Origin: Macrostomum hystrix
Taxonomy: Eukaryota > Animalia > Platyhelminthes
DNA length: 64,000 nucleotides
Assembly (NCBI GenBank): GCA_950097015.1
Contig: CATNEN010000001.1
Location: 3,658,001-3,722,000, forward strand
Direction: 5' to 3'
The position numbers and the translations under genes are program-made. Of the stretch, positions 1-11,266 are shown piece after piece. Each line of letters begins with the position of its first letter. The first letter of the stretch is position 1. The notes beneath the pieces are model-generated. The model did no database searches, had not been told where the DNA came from, and was given only the letters and a program-made list of their open reading frames with translations.

Positions 1-1210
1 CGCCGCCGATGACTGTCCGCCCGGATACTGGCAGGTGATTCCAGTCGGGAAGCCAGATGTCGTTCTGGCGCTGCGCGCTGTTCGGCGGTGCGTACACAGA
101 TACTAGCTGAATTTTGCCTCGGCCCTTGGGGCAGATGGTCGTGGCCGCGAAATCCAAGGGGCCATCACTGGAAGTGGTTGAGTCCGTGAAAGCGATGTCG
201 TTCCTGACGAGGATGACTGCACCGCCTCTGCCGGGGGGCGCTGGTTTATGTTTATTTGAGTTTTTTCGTTTTTTGGCCCTTCGACTGGGCAAGCGCTGCG
301 GCGACAGCAGCAGTTCTCATGCTCGGCATGTTGTTGGCGATTATGGCCTCTTGTAGGTTGCTGGTACCTTGCGACAGCGCTCTGGGTGGGCTGGCTCTGG
401 TTCCGGTTGCGCCGTCGGGTCCGCAGCCGTCCAGGGGGCGGGCGGGGGCGGCGACGGTGACTGGCAGGTCTCGGTTGCTGCACGCTGCACGCCCGCTGCG
501 GCACCCCGCGCACCAGGAGGTTCTGTCGTCCGGCCATCGGAGCCGACATCGTGGCCGGTTGAAAGTCCTGTTGTTTTTGACAACCTTCGGTATGGTGAAG
601 TTGTTGTTGATGTCTTGCACTTCCGCGCTCGGTATGGTGCTGTTGTTGTTGATGTCTTGCGCTTCCGCGCGCTGGGCAACGAGTTCTCTGTCGTTGTTTT
701 CGGCGGGGCTCGCTTTGGGCTCTCCGTCTTTGCGCGCGGCCACACTGTAGCCACGAGGTGGGGTGAAGTGTGTCCCCGGGCGCAGCTTAGTCTCTTGGAG
801 GAGGACGGCGCACGGCTAGATGCTGTTGAGTCGCTCGGCTAGCTCCGTGCGGCGGGCCTGCAACCCGTTGCAATTGAGTTGCAGGACCAGGAGCTCTGGG
901 CCGGGTCTCTTGCGTCGTCGCCTACGCCTCTCTCTCTCTTCTGGCTCTCCCGGCTGGTGGCTGCTGTCTCCGGGCGGCTATCGCCGCCCCGTAGCCGCAT
1001 AACCAGCTGGAGCTCGTCGGCGGCGCTGTTGGTTTGGTGAACTGCTTCTTCGCAGGATTCTGGTTGGTTGCGACACTTCGTCAACGGGCTGTCCAGTTGT
1101 CCGTCGTCCGGGGGCCCCGCGGGGAGGGGGTCGCTTGCCACGTGGGGGTGATGGCCCTCACGTACCCTGGTGTCCGGCCTGGTCTTATCGCGGTCACCGT
1201 GGTCCCCTTA
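1..1210 (-). mobile_element. Degenerate non-LTR retrotransposon (LINE, probably I-group) ORF2 N-terminus with APE endonuclease, split by a ~480 bp insertion; continues off the left edge
   Basis: Minus-strand translation ~900-725 gives LLVLQLNCNGLQARRTELAERLNSI*PCAVLLQETKLRPGTHFTPPRGYSVAARKD. 244-1 gives PAPPGRGGAVILVRNDIAF...IQLVSVYAPPN...RTVIGG. These are the APE motifs QxNxNG, LQET, GY, GG-AILV, VYAPP and IGGD. One in-frame TAG and a slip in an (AG)n run are present. Confidence 0.8.
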
Positions 1211-1220
1211 AAATCTAGGC

Positions 1221-1361
1221 CCAGCAGTGTCCCCTCAGCCAGTGGGCAGTCGGCAGTGGAGGGCAGTGGAGGGCAGTCGGCAAGTCAAGGCGATGTGGAA
1301 ATGGAGACAGAAGTAGATTTTAGTAGGGTAGAATTCGACGAATTTGAGCAGGAAAATCGAA
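1221..1361 (+). repeat. Direct copy of the 5' part of the EnSpm-type transposase ORF (matches ~3179-3396)
   Basis: CAGCAGTGTCCCCTCAGCCAGTGGGCAGTCGG...GGAAATGGAGACAGAAGTAGATTTTAGTAGGGTAGAAT occurs at both sites, with fewer internal GGCAGTGGAG units here. Confidence 0.85.
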
Positions 1362-2725
1362 ATACTGCCTCTGCTTCTACCGCTGCTGCCTCTGCTTCCG
1401 CTGCTTCTGCTGCTGCCGCTGCTTCCGCTACTTCCGCTGCTGCCGCTGCTTCCGCTGCTTCCGCTGCTGCCTCTGCTTCCGCAGCTTCCGCTGCCGCCTT
1501 AGCTGCCGCGGCTTTTGCAGATGCTGTGGGCGCAGATTTCGGAATCGTAGACGGCAGTGGCACCAGCTTTGCGACAGTAGACGGCACGTCTACGTAGGGC
1601 AGCTTTAGAATCGGCGCTTCAGATTCAACTGGCTCCTCCGAACATCCAAAAAAGCCGTCGGTGTCGGACGCAGAACCAGTGGATTCGTCCTGTTAGGTCG
1701 GATAAGTTGGAGGATAAGTAAGTCAGGAAAAGGTTGGGTTACTGGCATTGGATGACTATCAATATTGATTGATTATCAATAATAGTGATTGTAATTAGAT
1801 AATCAAATTTTGGTGGACAATCGTTGTTAGTGATTGATTATTGAAGATATTTATTGATAATCGATAGGTAGATAGAGATAGGTAGATAGGTAAGATAGGT
1901 AAATGTTTGCGTATGGAGATGGAGAAAAAGAGAGAGTGGACAGACAAAGAGAATGTAACTAAAAATGCATAACGTGACTTTTAAACAGCTAAATATAACA
2001 TAGGATTCATGATGATAAGAATCTAGGATCAGAATCTAGGATGAGAATCTAAGATAATAGATGGATAATCGATGGATTAAAATCTAGGATGAGAATCTAG
2101 AATGATAATCTCGGATGAGAATCTAGGATGAGAATTTAAGATAATCGATGGATGAGAATCTAGGATGTGAATCTAGGATCAGAATCTAGGATGAGAATCT
2201 AAGATAATCGATGGATAATCGATGGATTAAAATCTAGGATGAGAATCTAGAATGATAATCTAGAATGATAATCTAGGATGAGAATTTAAGATAATCGATG
2301 GATGAGAATCTAGGATGTGAACCTAGGATGAGAATCTAGGATGAGAATATAGGATGAGACTTTTAAAAAGCAAAAATGTAACATACAGCACACTGAAAAT
2401 TGCGTCGCGCCCGCCGCATATCTTCAGCGTTGAGCACCCTCGGTTTCAATTGCCGAATTATTTCGACAATTGACCGTTTCTTCTGAATCAGCTTGTGTAC
2501 AAAGCATAGGCTGGGTGGCTCCAGAGTGTTATCCAGGTATACCTGGAGGACTTCAGAAGCGTAGACACAGCCTGCATATTTAGCCGTGCAGTGCCACCTC
2601 GCTTCACTGTCTCTTAACAGTGACAACTCAGTTACTGTCAGACTTTTCAATCCACATTCAACTAAATCACTTTCTTCAGCTTCGATAACCTGCCTGTCGG
2701 CCTCGAATACGATCAAGAACTTCAT
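1285..2725 (-). CDS. Two-exon uncharacterised gene divergent from the transposase (probable CACTA accessory ORF), with an Ala/Glu-rich helical tract; 3' end disrupted
   Basis: Exon 2725-2387 (MKFLIVFEAD...NFQCA) ends at a GTATGT donor. Exon from 1689 (CTAACAG acceptor) reads DESTGSASD...AKAAAEAAEAEAAA. Both junctions are phase 0. The intron contains a 13-bp minisatellite. Confidence 0.55.
2005..2360. repeat. 13-bp minisatellite (GAATCTAGGATGA)n, intronic
   Basis: Tandem units with variants are visible directly. Confidence 0.85.
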
Positions 2726-2961
2726 GGTTGCTTCAAAAGTTTGAAAATTTGAGAACGAAAGTAGGTTAGGGGAGCGTAAAGATAAGCTAGAGCTTTAATA
2801 TGTCAGATCAAACTGCACGGCCCAGACAGTGGAAAGACTCGTCGCGCGCTCATTGGTTAGTTATGAAAAATCCTCTAACCACCGATAGCTACCGATTGTG
2901 CCATTGGCGCCGAATAGCTTCCGAATCATCGTATTGCAGCCATTGAAAGTGCGTTGAAAGC

Positions 2962-3085
2962 GAGACTAAGACTACGACTAATACTAAGACAGTCTGCGAC
3001 TAAGACTAATACTGAGACTAAGACTAAGACTAATATTAAGACTAATACTAATATTAAGCCTAAGACTAAGACTAAGACTAAGACA
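2962..3085. repeat. (AGACTA)n microsatellite upstream of the transposase
   Basis: Tandem 6-bp units. Confidence 0.8.
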
Positions 3086-3089
3086 AAAC

Positions 3090-5092
3090 ATGCATGGCAT
3101 GTCCTCTAGGAGTATTAGGAGAGAGACAAACAAGAGCTTGTTGGCCATGTTTAGAGAAGAAGCTGAGAGTGAGAGGCGCAGCAGTGTCCCCTCAGCCAGT
3201 GGGCAGTCGGCAGTGGAGGGCAGTCGGCAGTGGAGGGCAGTGGAGGGCAGTCGGCAGTGGAGGGCAGTGGAGGGCAGTCGGCAGTGGAGGGCAGTGGAGG
3301 GCAATGGAGGGCAGTCGGCAAGTCAAGGCGATGTGGAAATGGAGACAGAAGTAGATTTTAGTAGGGTAGAATACGAATTTGAGCAGGAAAGTCGAAGCGA
3401 TGACGACACACGGACAGCGAAAATGATGAAGACAATCGGCCATTGGAGGTAAAGCTACAGGCACTCCTTGTTTTGTTCTTTTCAACATATAACATTTCCT
3501 GTGACGCCATGGCTTTCCTATTATCGGATTTACGCGACATTGAACGTTTGAACGCCTGGTCAGAGAAGACTGTCCTACTGGTGACTTGGTGGCCATGGGA
3601 GACGGGCACTTTAGTTATATTTCTATTCTGGAGAATCTGCAGAAACTACTTTCCGCGAATTTGTTGACACAGACCAGAAAATTTGCTGCATGAAGGTCAA
3701 ACAAAGTGTTACAAATTCGACGCAATTCTAAACAGTGACGGACTTCCTCTCTATCGATCCAGTACGATTAGTCTATGGCCAATCCTAATGAAAATTAAAT
3801 CCGCATTCGCTAAGCCTTTTCCAGTGGCTGTTTGGGCCGGCACTGAAAAGCCACCAGTACAGGAGTACCTGCTACAGTTTTGCCAAGAGGCAAAAAACTT
3901 TCTGTCTGGTCCAGTCAAAATCAGAGAGAAAATCAGCATCATGTTCTCCACTATTTATTTTGTCTGCGACACCCCTGCCCGCAGTTTTTTAATGTGCATT
4001 CTGGGTCACACAAGCTACTTAGGATGCAGTTACTGTCGAGCTGTGGGCTTGCGTGCTGAAGGCAGAGTGTCATTTTCCGTAACTGCTGGCCAGAATATAT
4101 GTGGGGAAGCGTACCGATCCCTAGTAGAGAACAACCAGAAAAAAGACGCCACAGGAGCGGTCATCAAGTCACCACTGTTGGACCTGCCCAACATTGACTT
4201 CGTCAACTGTTTTCCTCTGGACTTTCAACATGCCGTTTGTCTGGGAGCAGTGAGGAATTTAATGCACTTTTATTTTGGAGAAGGAGGCTGCCGCTTTATT
4301 CGCAGGAATGTGAAGTCCTTGTCGGACATCATTGCCGGTATTGCCAGCTGGACTCCGTCTAATTTCCAGAGAAGACCTCGCCGCATAGATAAGTGTCTTA
4401 ACCATTTTAAGGCGACAGAATTCAGACAAATTATTCTTTACCTGGGACCAATACATTTTAAGGGATATGTTAAGGAACAGTTTTACAAAAATTTTATTCT
4501 ACTGCTCTTCGCCGTATACTGCTATTCCACGTAAAGGTATGCTAATCTATGGGATTCAGCGAAAAGCTGCATCGAGGTATTTGTCGAACAGATGTCAAAG
4601 TTATTTGGCCAAAAATCAATTAGCTACAATATTCATGCACTTCTTCACCTCGACCAGTTTGTTAAAAGGCTAGGTAACTTAAATAAGTTTAGTACATTTT
4701 CATTCGAAAGCTATCTGGGAGCAATCAAGAGAAGGGTCAAAGTGATCAGGCATGTCGCCGCTCATTCAGTTTGTCAAGTACTACAAGTACAAAATATGTA
4801 CCTCAGCCAGCCAGCAGAAAGAACTATAGAATTCAGCACGAAGAAGGGTGACAATTGCTGCTTCGTTGGGACGACATGCATTCATATTGATGAAGTTAAA
4901 CCGGACGGCATAATAAGTGGCAGAGTGCTCCAGGAATTCGACAATGTCTACAACTATCCTTTCGACTCCCTGGCACTTGGGATTGGAGTTTACCGCCTAA
5001 CATCCGAAATCGCAACTGGCCGCCCAGGGCAAAAATGTTGGCTGCTTCCGAAAGCACTTAGACCGGCCGCCCAAAATGACGACTTTTTTTAG
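3090..5092 (+). mobile_element. Degenerate EnSpm/CACTA (CMC)-type DDE transposase
   Basis: Motifs NSDGLPLYRSS..SLWPIL, FVCDTPARSF...GHTSYLGCSYC, FPLDFQHAVCLG, PSNFQRRPR, FKATEFRQIILYLGP, ISYNIHALLHL and FSTFSFESYLG are typical of animal EnSpm-like transposases. Frameshifts near 3450-3680 and an in-frame TAA at 4532-4534. TIRs not identified. Confidence 0.85.
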
Positions 5093-5151
5093 GCTCTTGG
5101 AGATCTGGTGATAGAGATAGAGATAATCGCAAACCCATTTCTTCTTACCAG

Positions 5152-5808
5152 CCCGTCGATGACCTGAGCGGTCTAGACGCCTTGGACTTCGCCGTGATGC
5201 GCCGTGAATTCGGTGACCTCCAATCTTACGACAGCGCTGCCCTCTTCGATCTCTATAAGCGGTTGCCAACGAAGATGCCACGGGGGGCCATGAGCGCATC
5301 GGAGTGCTTCGCAGGCAAAAATGAGCAGCAGAAGCAGGGAAGTCGGTCCTCTAGCGATTCCATCAGTTCCATCGGACAGCAACAGCATCAGCAGCAGCTG
5401 CCTCCGATTGATAGCTTCCTTTGCTTGGTTCCTTCGCATCTCCCAACGCATGTGCAGCCGCCGGCGCCAATGATAGACAAGAAGTTGCTGCTGTGGGAGT
5501 TTATCTACCAGTTACTGGAAGCTCCGCCGTCTGTCGCTGACCTGTCGCCGCCTTGCTTGCGCTGGGAAAACAAGCAGGAAGGCACTTGGGAAATTCTGAA
5601 TCCAACCGGACTAGCAGAGGCCTGGGCAACTTACAAGGGGCGGGACAAAATGACCTTCTACACGATGCACCGAGCGCTGAGGTACTACTACAAGGAGAAG
5701 CTAATTACCAAGATCCACCCAAGATCCAAGAACCACTTCTACAAATTTCACTATAACCACGAGAAGTTAAAATGTTACAATGTCTCACAAATCCCAACAA
5801 TGCCCTAG
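5152..5808 (+). CDS. ETS-domain transcription factor-like protein (domain within one exon)
   Basis: LLWEFIYQLL...CLRWENKQEGTWEILNPTGLAEAWATYKGRDKMTFYTMHRALRYYYKEKLITKI...FYKF: the three ETS tryptophans and the helix-3 RxLRYYY are intact. In-frame acceptor TTCTTACCAG ends at 5151. AATAAA near 6079. Confidence 0.88.
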   Translation, partial: PVDDLSGLDALDFAVMRREFGDLQSYDSAALFDLYKRLPTKMPRGAMSASECFAGKNEQQKQGSRSSSDSISSIGQQQHQQQLPPIDSFLCLVPSHLPTHVQPPAPMIDKKLLLWEFIYQLLEAPPSVADLSPPCLRWENKQEGTWEILNPTGLAEAWATYKGRDKMTFYTMHRALRYYYKEKLITKIHPRSKNHFYKFHYNHEKLKCYNVSQIPTMP

Positions 5809-6316
5809 AAATCACATGATCCAGACAATGACTCAGAATTACAGTACGGATTGTCCGATTCTCAGTTGCGTTACTTCACTCATGAAAACTATTTTTTCTT
5901 ACGGATATGTTTTGTTCTATTTTCTCGTGTTTTCTCATATTGCCCATGCATGACTTATCATCTGTAATTAAACCTTGATTTTGAAGACATGTAATTAAGA
6001 CAGACTGTTTCCTATAAAAGTATAAGATAACTACAAGTTCTTATAAATGCTATATAAATGGTACTTATAAATACTATAAATAAACTAATTGTTGCTGCAC
6101 ATTATTTCATAAACTACAACAAACAAAACAAAAAGATTATTCAACCTTGTTGCGAGCGCAGCCGTGGAACTCCATGTGCAGCCTGGAGTAGTGAAGACGT
6201 GACATGACATGAGTCCGTGAAGGTCGCTGATCGTTATCTAACCTGCTAAAATCGGCGAGATACAGCTCGCCGGGATGCTGGGCCAACTGCTACTCGACGC
6301 TAAGTAGCTGATTGAA

Positions 6317-8479
6317 TTAGAATATACACTAATATCAATGTCATCCGCAGCTTCCGTTTCTTGACACGCCTGACCGTGTACCAGGCGTCAGGTGTTCATG
6401 GAGAACGTCTGGAAAAAATATGGAATGTTTCAGACCCAATTTACATATTTATCTTTGTCTATAACGATTGCCTGTAATCAGATGGGAAGCATGCGAATCT
6501 TTTAAGTGAGCTAGCTTAAGGGTCGGAGTGTAAATGTTAGTAGCAGCTTAGTATAAATTTTAGTAGAAATGAAAAAATGTACTTCTGCTACGAATTGTAG
6601 CAAAGCAGGCAAGCAAAGCAAGTGAGCAAGTGCAGGAACACGAAGCAAGGAGTGCTCGATAAATATTTTGGTTATCATGCTAAGCTAAAGCTAAGAAGCT
6701 AAACATTTAGGCTGTGCATCAATCTAATAAATAAATATGAGTGAAATAAAGGAAGACAACAAGCAAAGATGTATTCCAAAATATTCAAAATGTCGCGAAG
6801 CGCGATCAAATGCGATCAAATGAGGCGATCAAATGCGATCAAATGATCAAATCTACTAACTGATCAAATGCGCGATCTGAAATGACGAAGTGGGAGATTT
6901 CGAGGTGTGTTAGCAGCTCGTTATTGGACAGCATGAAGGTGGAGTGAGGGGTTATCTTCATACGCAGTTGCTATCTGCTTCTTTAAATTTTCAGATAAAC
7001 TTGCTATAAAGCTTGGAGGATGGCTCATGAAATTTTCTGGTTAAACACGAACACGACAAGACACGACATGACATTATGGCTACAATCATATTGAATGTGA
7101 GTACATTTTGCTACGTTCTAGTATTGCATTAGCATTGTGGTGTGACAATCGCATTTTGATAAATGGTGCTATAATGGCTAAAAGTAAATATTATTTTACC
7201 AGAGTCAATGAAAACTTACACCTGCAAACGGGTTTAATTTTAGTACTAGCGCTTATTTAAAGAATTAGGGATTTAGGATTAAGAATTAAGGAATAAAGGT
7301 ATCACATATAGGTAGCTTACACAAACCTTTATTTCTTTGCCGGTTGGGGAGGGCACCGGGGCCTCGGCGGTGTAAAATTGGTAGCCGCCCCGGCCCCTCC
7401 CTTTTCCTTCCACCACTGGACCTTGGTGCAGGTCGGTCCCACTCCCACCGTGGTGGGCAGCAGCTGCCACGGGCTGCTGTTGCTGGGCTGCTGCTGTTGC
7501 TGCTGCTTTTGCTGCTGCTGTTCAACCTTGTCAACCGATTCCGACATAACTGATATAGCTGATGTAACTGATATAACTGATATAACTGATATAACTGATC
7601 AGCTATTCAATATAGCTGAAAATTGAAAAGTAAATAAGTAAAAGTAAAGTTAAAGCAAAAGTAGAAGTGATTGAGAGTAAAATAAGTGTATCAAATGGTG
7701 TTTAAAATGTTCAAATGGATTTAAGGTAGTTAAAAGGATGGTAAAAGTGTATAGCTTGGTAAAAGTGTATAGCTTGGTTTCACTAGCTAGAAAAACCTAG
7801 CTTTTAGCTCAATGCTCCTGAGCTGCAGCTCATTGCTCATGGATGATGTCAGAAGCATTTCAGCTGAAAGCTTGAAAGAAAAGTGAAATGTGGCTACAAA
7901 TAATTGAAGAGCCTGAAAGGAATTAAGGATTCAAGAAAGTGAAAGCAGTTAAAAGAATGTTAAAAACTCAGTGAGGTGTTGTACATCTTAACAGGTCCTT
8001 ATCAAACAAGCTGGAATGGTGGGTTTGCTTTCTATCTTCAGGCTGGCATCTGAGAACTGGTAAGGCTTGGCTAATCATTTGTTGTAAAGTGTTTGCTAGA
8101 TACCAAACCAAAAATTGTTGGTTATCTCCTGCAAAGCAATAACAATGGATCCCAGTGTACACTAGAGTTATTTGGTCTGGTACAGGTATATAACTTTGCT
8201 ATGAAATTTTCTTATAATTACTATTTTTTATCAACTTTATTTTACCAGGTCTTTATCATTCTAGCTCACTAGCTGGAATTGTGGCATCTGGCTGTCTTCA
8301 CTCTCATGGCATAGCTAAGGGCATATGAGAACTAATCACATGATTAAAGGCTATGGTAAGTGTTTGAGTACATAATCATTTTTAGTGTTAGCCCAACCCA
8401 GCCCAAGATACCCAACACACAATTGCTGGTTGCTAATGCATGAGCAGTAGTTTGCCTTAGAACTGCTGTTTATGAAATT
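6317..8479. repeat. Copy 1 of a ~2 kb dispersed module (copy 2 at 23588-29794)
   Basis: Colinear high-identity blocks: 6317-6604/23588-23874, 6912-7500/23981-24535, 7615-7993/27548-27947 and 8268-8479/29563-29794. Confidence 0.9.
7329..7547 (-). CDS. Micropeptide (72 aa), Q-rich N-terminus, unknown family
   Basis: MSE...QQQPSNSSPWQLLPTTVG...KVQWWKEKGGAGAATNFTPPRPRCPPQPAKK*. The paralog at 24381-24546 shares start and stop, has in-frame indels and mostly third-position substitutions. Confidence 0.6.
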   Translation of the reverse strand: MSESVDKVEQQQQKQQQQQQPSNSSPWQLLPTTVGVGPTCTKVQWWKEKGGAGAATNFTPPRPRCPPQPAKK

Positions 8480-8832
8480 CTCTCCTCTCCTCTTCTCCTC
8501 TCCTCCCCCCCTCCTCTTCTCCTCTCCTCTCCTCTCCTCTTCTCCTCTCCTCTCCTCCTCCCTCCTCTCCTCTCCTCCTCCCTCCTCTTCTCCTCTTCTT
8601 TCCTCTCCTCTCCTTTTCTCTCCCTTTCTCTTCTCTCCTCTCCTCTCCCCCTCTCCTCTCCCCCTCTCCTCTCCTTTCCTCTGCTCTTCTCTCCTCTCCT
8701 CTTCTCTGCTCTTCTCTCCTCTCCTCTCCTCTCCTCTCCCCCTCTCCCTCCTTTCCTCTGCTCTTCTCTGCTCTTCTTTCCTCTCTTCTTTCCTCTCCTC
8801 TTCTCTCCTCTCCTTTTTCTCCTCTTCTCTTC
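8480..8832. repeat. CT-rich simple repeat (CTCCT)n
   Basis: Nearly pure pyrimidine tract. Confidence 0.9.
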
Positions 8833-8839
8833 TTGTTTT

Positions 8840-9215
8840 ACCCCGGCCAGTGAGCGTGCGAGCTCTTTCTGGCTAGATTTATCGATCGCTCTGTTTATCC
8901 TGCGGGCGAGTTTATTTAACTAGAGTTCCTGAGCCCGCTCGCACCTCACTTCTCCTACGCCTGCCTCTCTCCCCGTGCTGTTCCTCGCTCGTCCCGGCCA
9001 CTGTCATTTGCACTGTTATACGTCCTATCAATTTCGTCTTCACTACTAGTTATTGTTACCATTATGCTCCTACACCTGACCGAATCATTGCTTGTCGTAA
9101 GTCCCAGTGCGAATAAACGAGATCAATCTAAAGTGCTACCGCTACACTGATTACGAGAATTCTAACTAAAATTTGGATTGGGTTCGACGACTCTGGTGTC
9201 AGCAATTTCGTCACA
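8840..9215 (+). mobile_element. 5'-truncated LTR (related to 10566-11210)
   Basis: Shares GAGCGTGCGAGCTCT, TATTTAA, CCTGAGCCCGCTCGC, AATAAAC and AAAGTGCTACCGCTACA with the second copy; ends in ...TTTCGTCACA. Confidence 0.65.
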
Positions 9216-10506
9216 AAGTGTTAGAGAGAGCGTTGCGTTTGCGTGATGCGTGTGATGCGTTTTCAATGTTGCTGAGTGTATTTGAGAAGTAGCGAGCGTT
9301 CCTAAATTGCAATACACACCTACATACGATACTGAAAGAATCGCGATTCTCCAGGGGGGTTAGCTATTGCTGAGTACATGTTCATGTAAATAAAATTTAT
9401 GCATTTAATGTCGTCTACGAGATACATGAAGCAGACTGTATCCTATATAACCTACAAATCCGCAACCTGTACTGTAGATCTTGCATGCAATTCCTATTGC
9501 GACCAAAAACTATAAAGCTTTACGGAAGCTTATGTTTTTCGAGTAAAACGCCTTGCCTGGTACAATGAGGTCTTTCTGCAATTCAATGTACATGTACGGA
9601 ATTTTATTTGTGACTTCATTATTCATGTTTCTATAAATATTTCTACACTTTCTAGTACTTTTCTAGTTCTTACTCAGTTTACTAGAATGGTTATTCTACT
9701 AGTGTAGACCCAATCAACTAAATTTGGTCATCTAATTAATTTGATTGACTGAAAATATCAATCAAAGCAAAACTCACACAGCTGATATTGACTATAACTC
9801 TCTAGCTAACATTCGCAAGTCAGCTAGTGCTTATCAGAGGAATTATAGATAGTACATAGGAAGAAAAGCAGCTGTGTTTAGATGTTGGGGAACTTCGTAG
9901 TTCTCACGGTAGCTATTTGTACCAGGCAAAAATTCCCGTTACCCATATACAAATATCTCATAATTAGATTGCTCTCTTTTTCTAGCAACCTCAACTCGCA
10001 CAGTCAAGCGAGAAATGAAATTCCACTAATCTCAGCAAGGGAATAGAGTAGAGAGACTACACTTTGCGAGTCTCTGAAAAGCCAAAAAATATAGAGATAT
10101 CCGTCGATGCAGCACAGAGGCTTTTTCTCTGGCCAAATGACAGGATTCTCCCAGCAGCAATGTTTTTGGCTTAAGTAGAGATGAGTCGATGCTAGTTTAC
10201 TGTATTACTGGCTAGTGGATTTGATGTTTGACAAAAAAGTTTTTACTTTACCGCGTTAGATAGCTGCTGCCTACATGCACGAGCGTATAGGTACACATTT
10301 ACGATCGTACTGCACAAGCAAATTTCACAAATGCTGTTTATGAGCACATGTACGAGTAGAGTACATTGAGAAATAGCATTCCAGTTCCACAGAAGTCCAT
10401 AAACCTCCGGCACCACATCAGCCAGTTGGTTAACTTAGGGAGGATAGTGTATCAAAGAGATGGATAGAGAGATAAGTGAGATGAGCTAGATGAGCCGGCT
10501 ATGACC

Positions 10507-11266
10507 CAGGGGCGTAGTCGGGGGGGCAAGGGGGCCCCCTAATAGGCTGACAAACTATGTGTCGCTGTGACGTTGTCACTTGCTGCAAGAGCCCCTATGA
10601 AGTTTAAATTTATGTGGTACTAAACTGGGCCGTTTAACAAATGTAATTACGCTTTCATACATTTTTGCAATTTCGTATATTTCTTAGATTGTTACTGTAA
10701 CTAAACTCCAACGCACATCGCGCTGTCCCCAACTTGTTGTTTGCTGATGTCTCAATATTCTCTCCCCCAGCCAATGAGCGTGCGAGCTCTGTCTGGCTAG
10801 AATTATCGATCGCCCTGTTTTTCAGGCTGCCTAGCTTATTTAAGTAGGGCCCCTGAGCCCGCTCGCGCTCCATTGTCCTTTTCCACCGGCCACTCTGTTT
10901 GTCATTGCTCTTGAACCGACCTGGCTACCCCTCTCGTCCCGGCCACTGGTATTTTCACTGAGACCTGCTTACCCACTGTCCTGCCTAGTATTCGTCCTGT
11001 CAGTTACTCATCTGCTGTCATTTAGTGCATCTATTGTATCGTTACCATTGAGCTCCTGCACCTGCCTTATTTATCTCGCTTGTCGTATGTCCAAGTGCTA
11101 ATAAACAAAGATCAAGATAAAAGTGCTACCGCTACATTAATTTACGAGAACTCTAACTCTAATTGGGATTGAGCCTACGCCTGACTCTGTCTGTCAGTTA
11201 TTTCATCACAGCGCCTCCCCCCAGAGGCGCGGCATCCCCCAAAGAAAAATCCTGGCTACACCACTG
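10507..11266. mobile_element. hAT-like MITE carrying a nested solo LTR
   Basis: Imperfect TIRs CAGGGGCGTAGTCGGG / CCTGGCTACACCACTG. Flanking 8-mers CTATGACC / ATATGACC (7/8 match, TSD-like). Confidence 0.7.
10566..11210 (+). mobile_element. Solo LTR (~645 bp)
   Basis: TGTGA...TCACA termini, TATA-like TATTTAA, AATAAA, and similarity to 8840-9215. Flanks TCGC/GCGC form an imperfect 4-bp TSD. Confidence 0.7.

Noticed and set aside
8472-8876. Ser/Leu/Pro-rich ORF
   Set aside because: Translation of the CT simple repeat.
8840-11210. The two LTRs as ends of one retrotransposon
   Set aside because: They are strongly diverged, the second sits inside a MITE, and no PBS or coding sequence lies between them.
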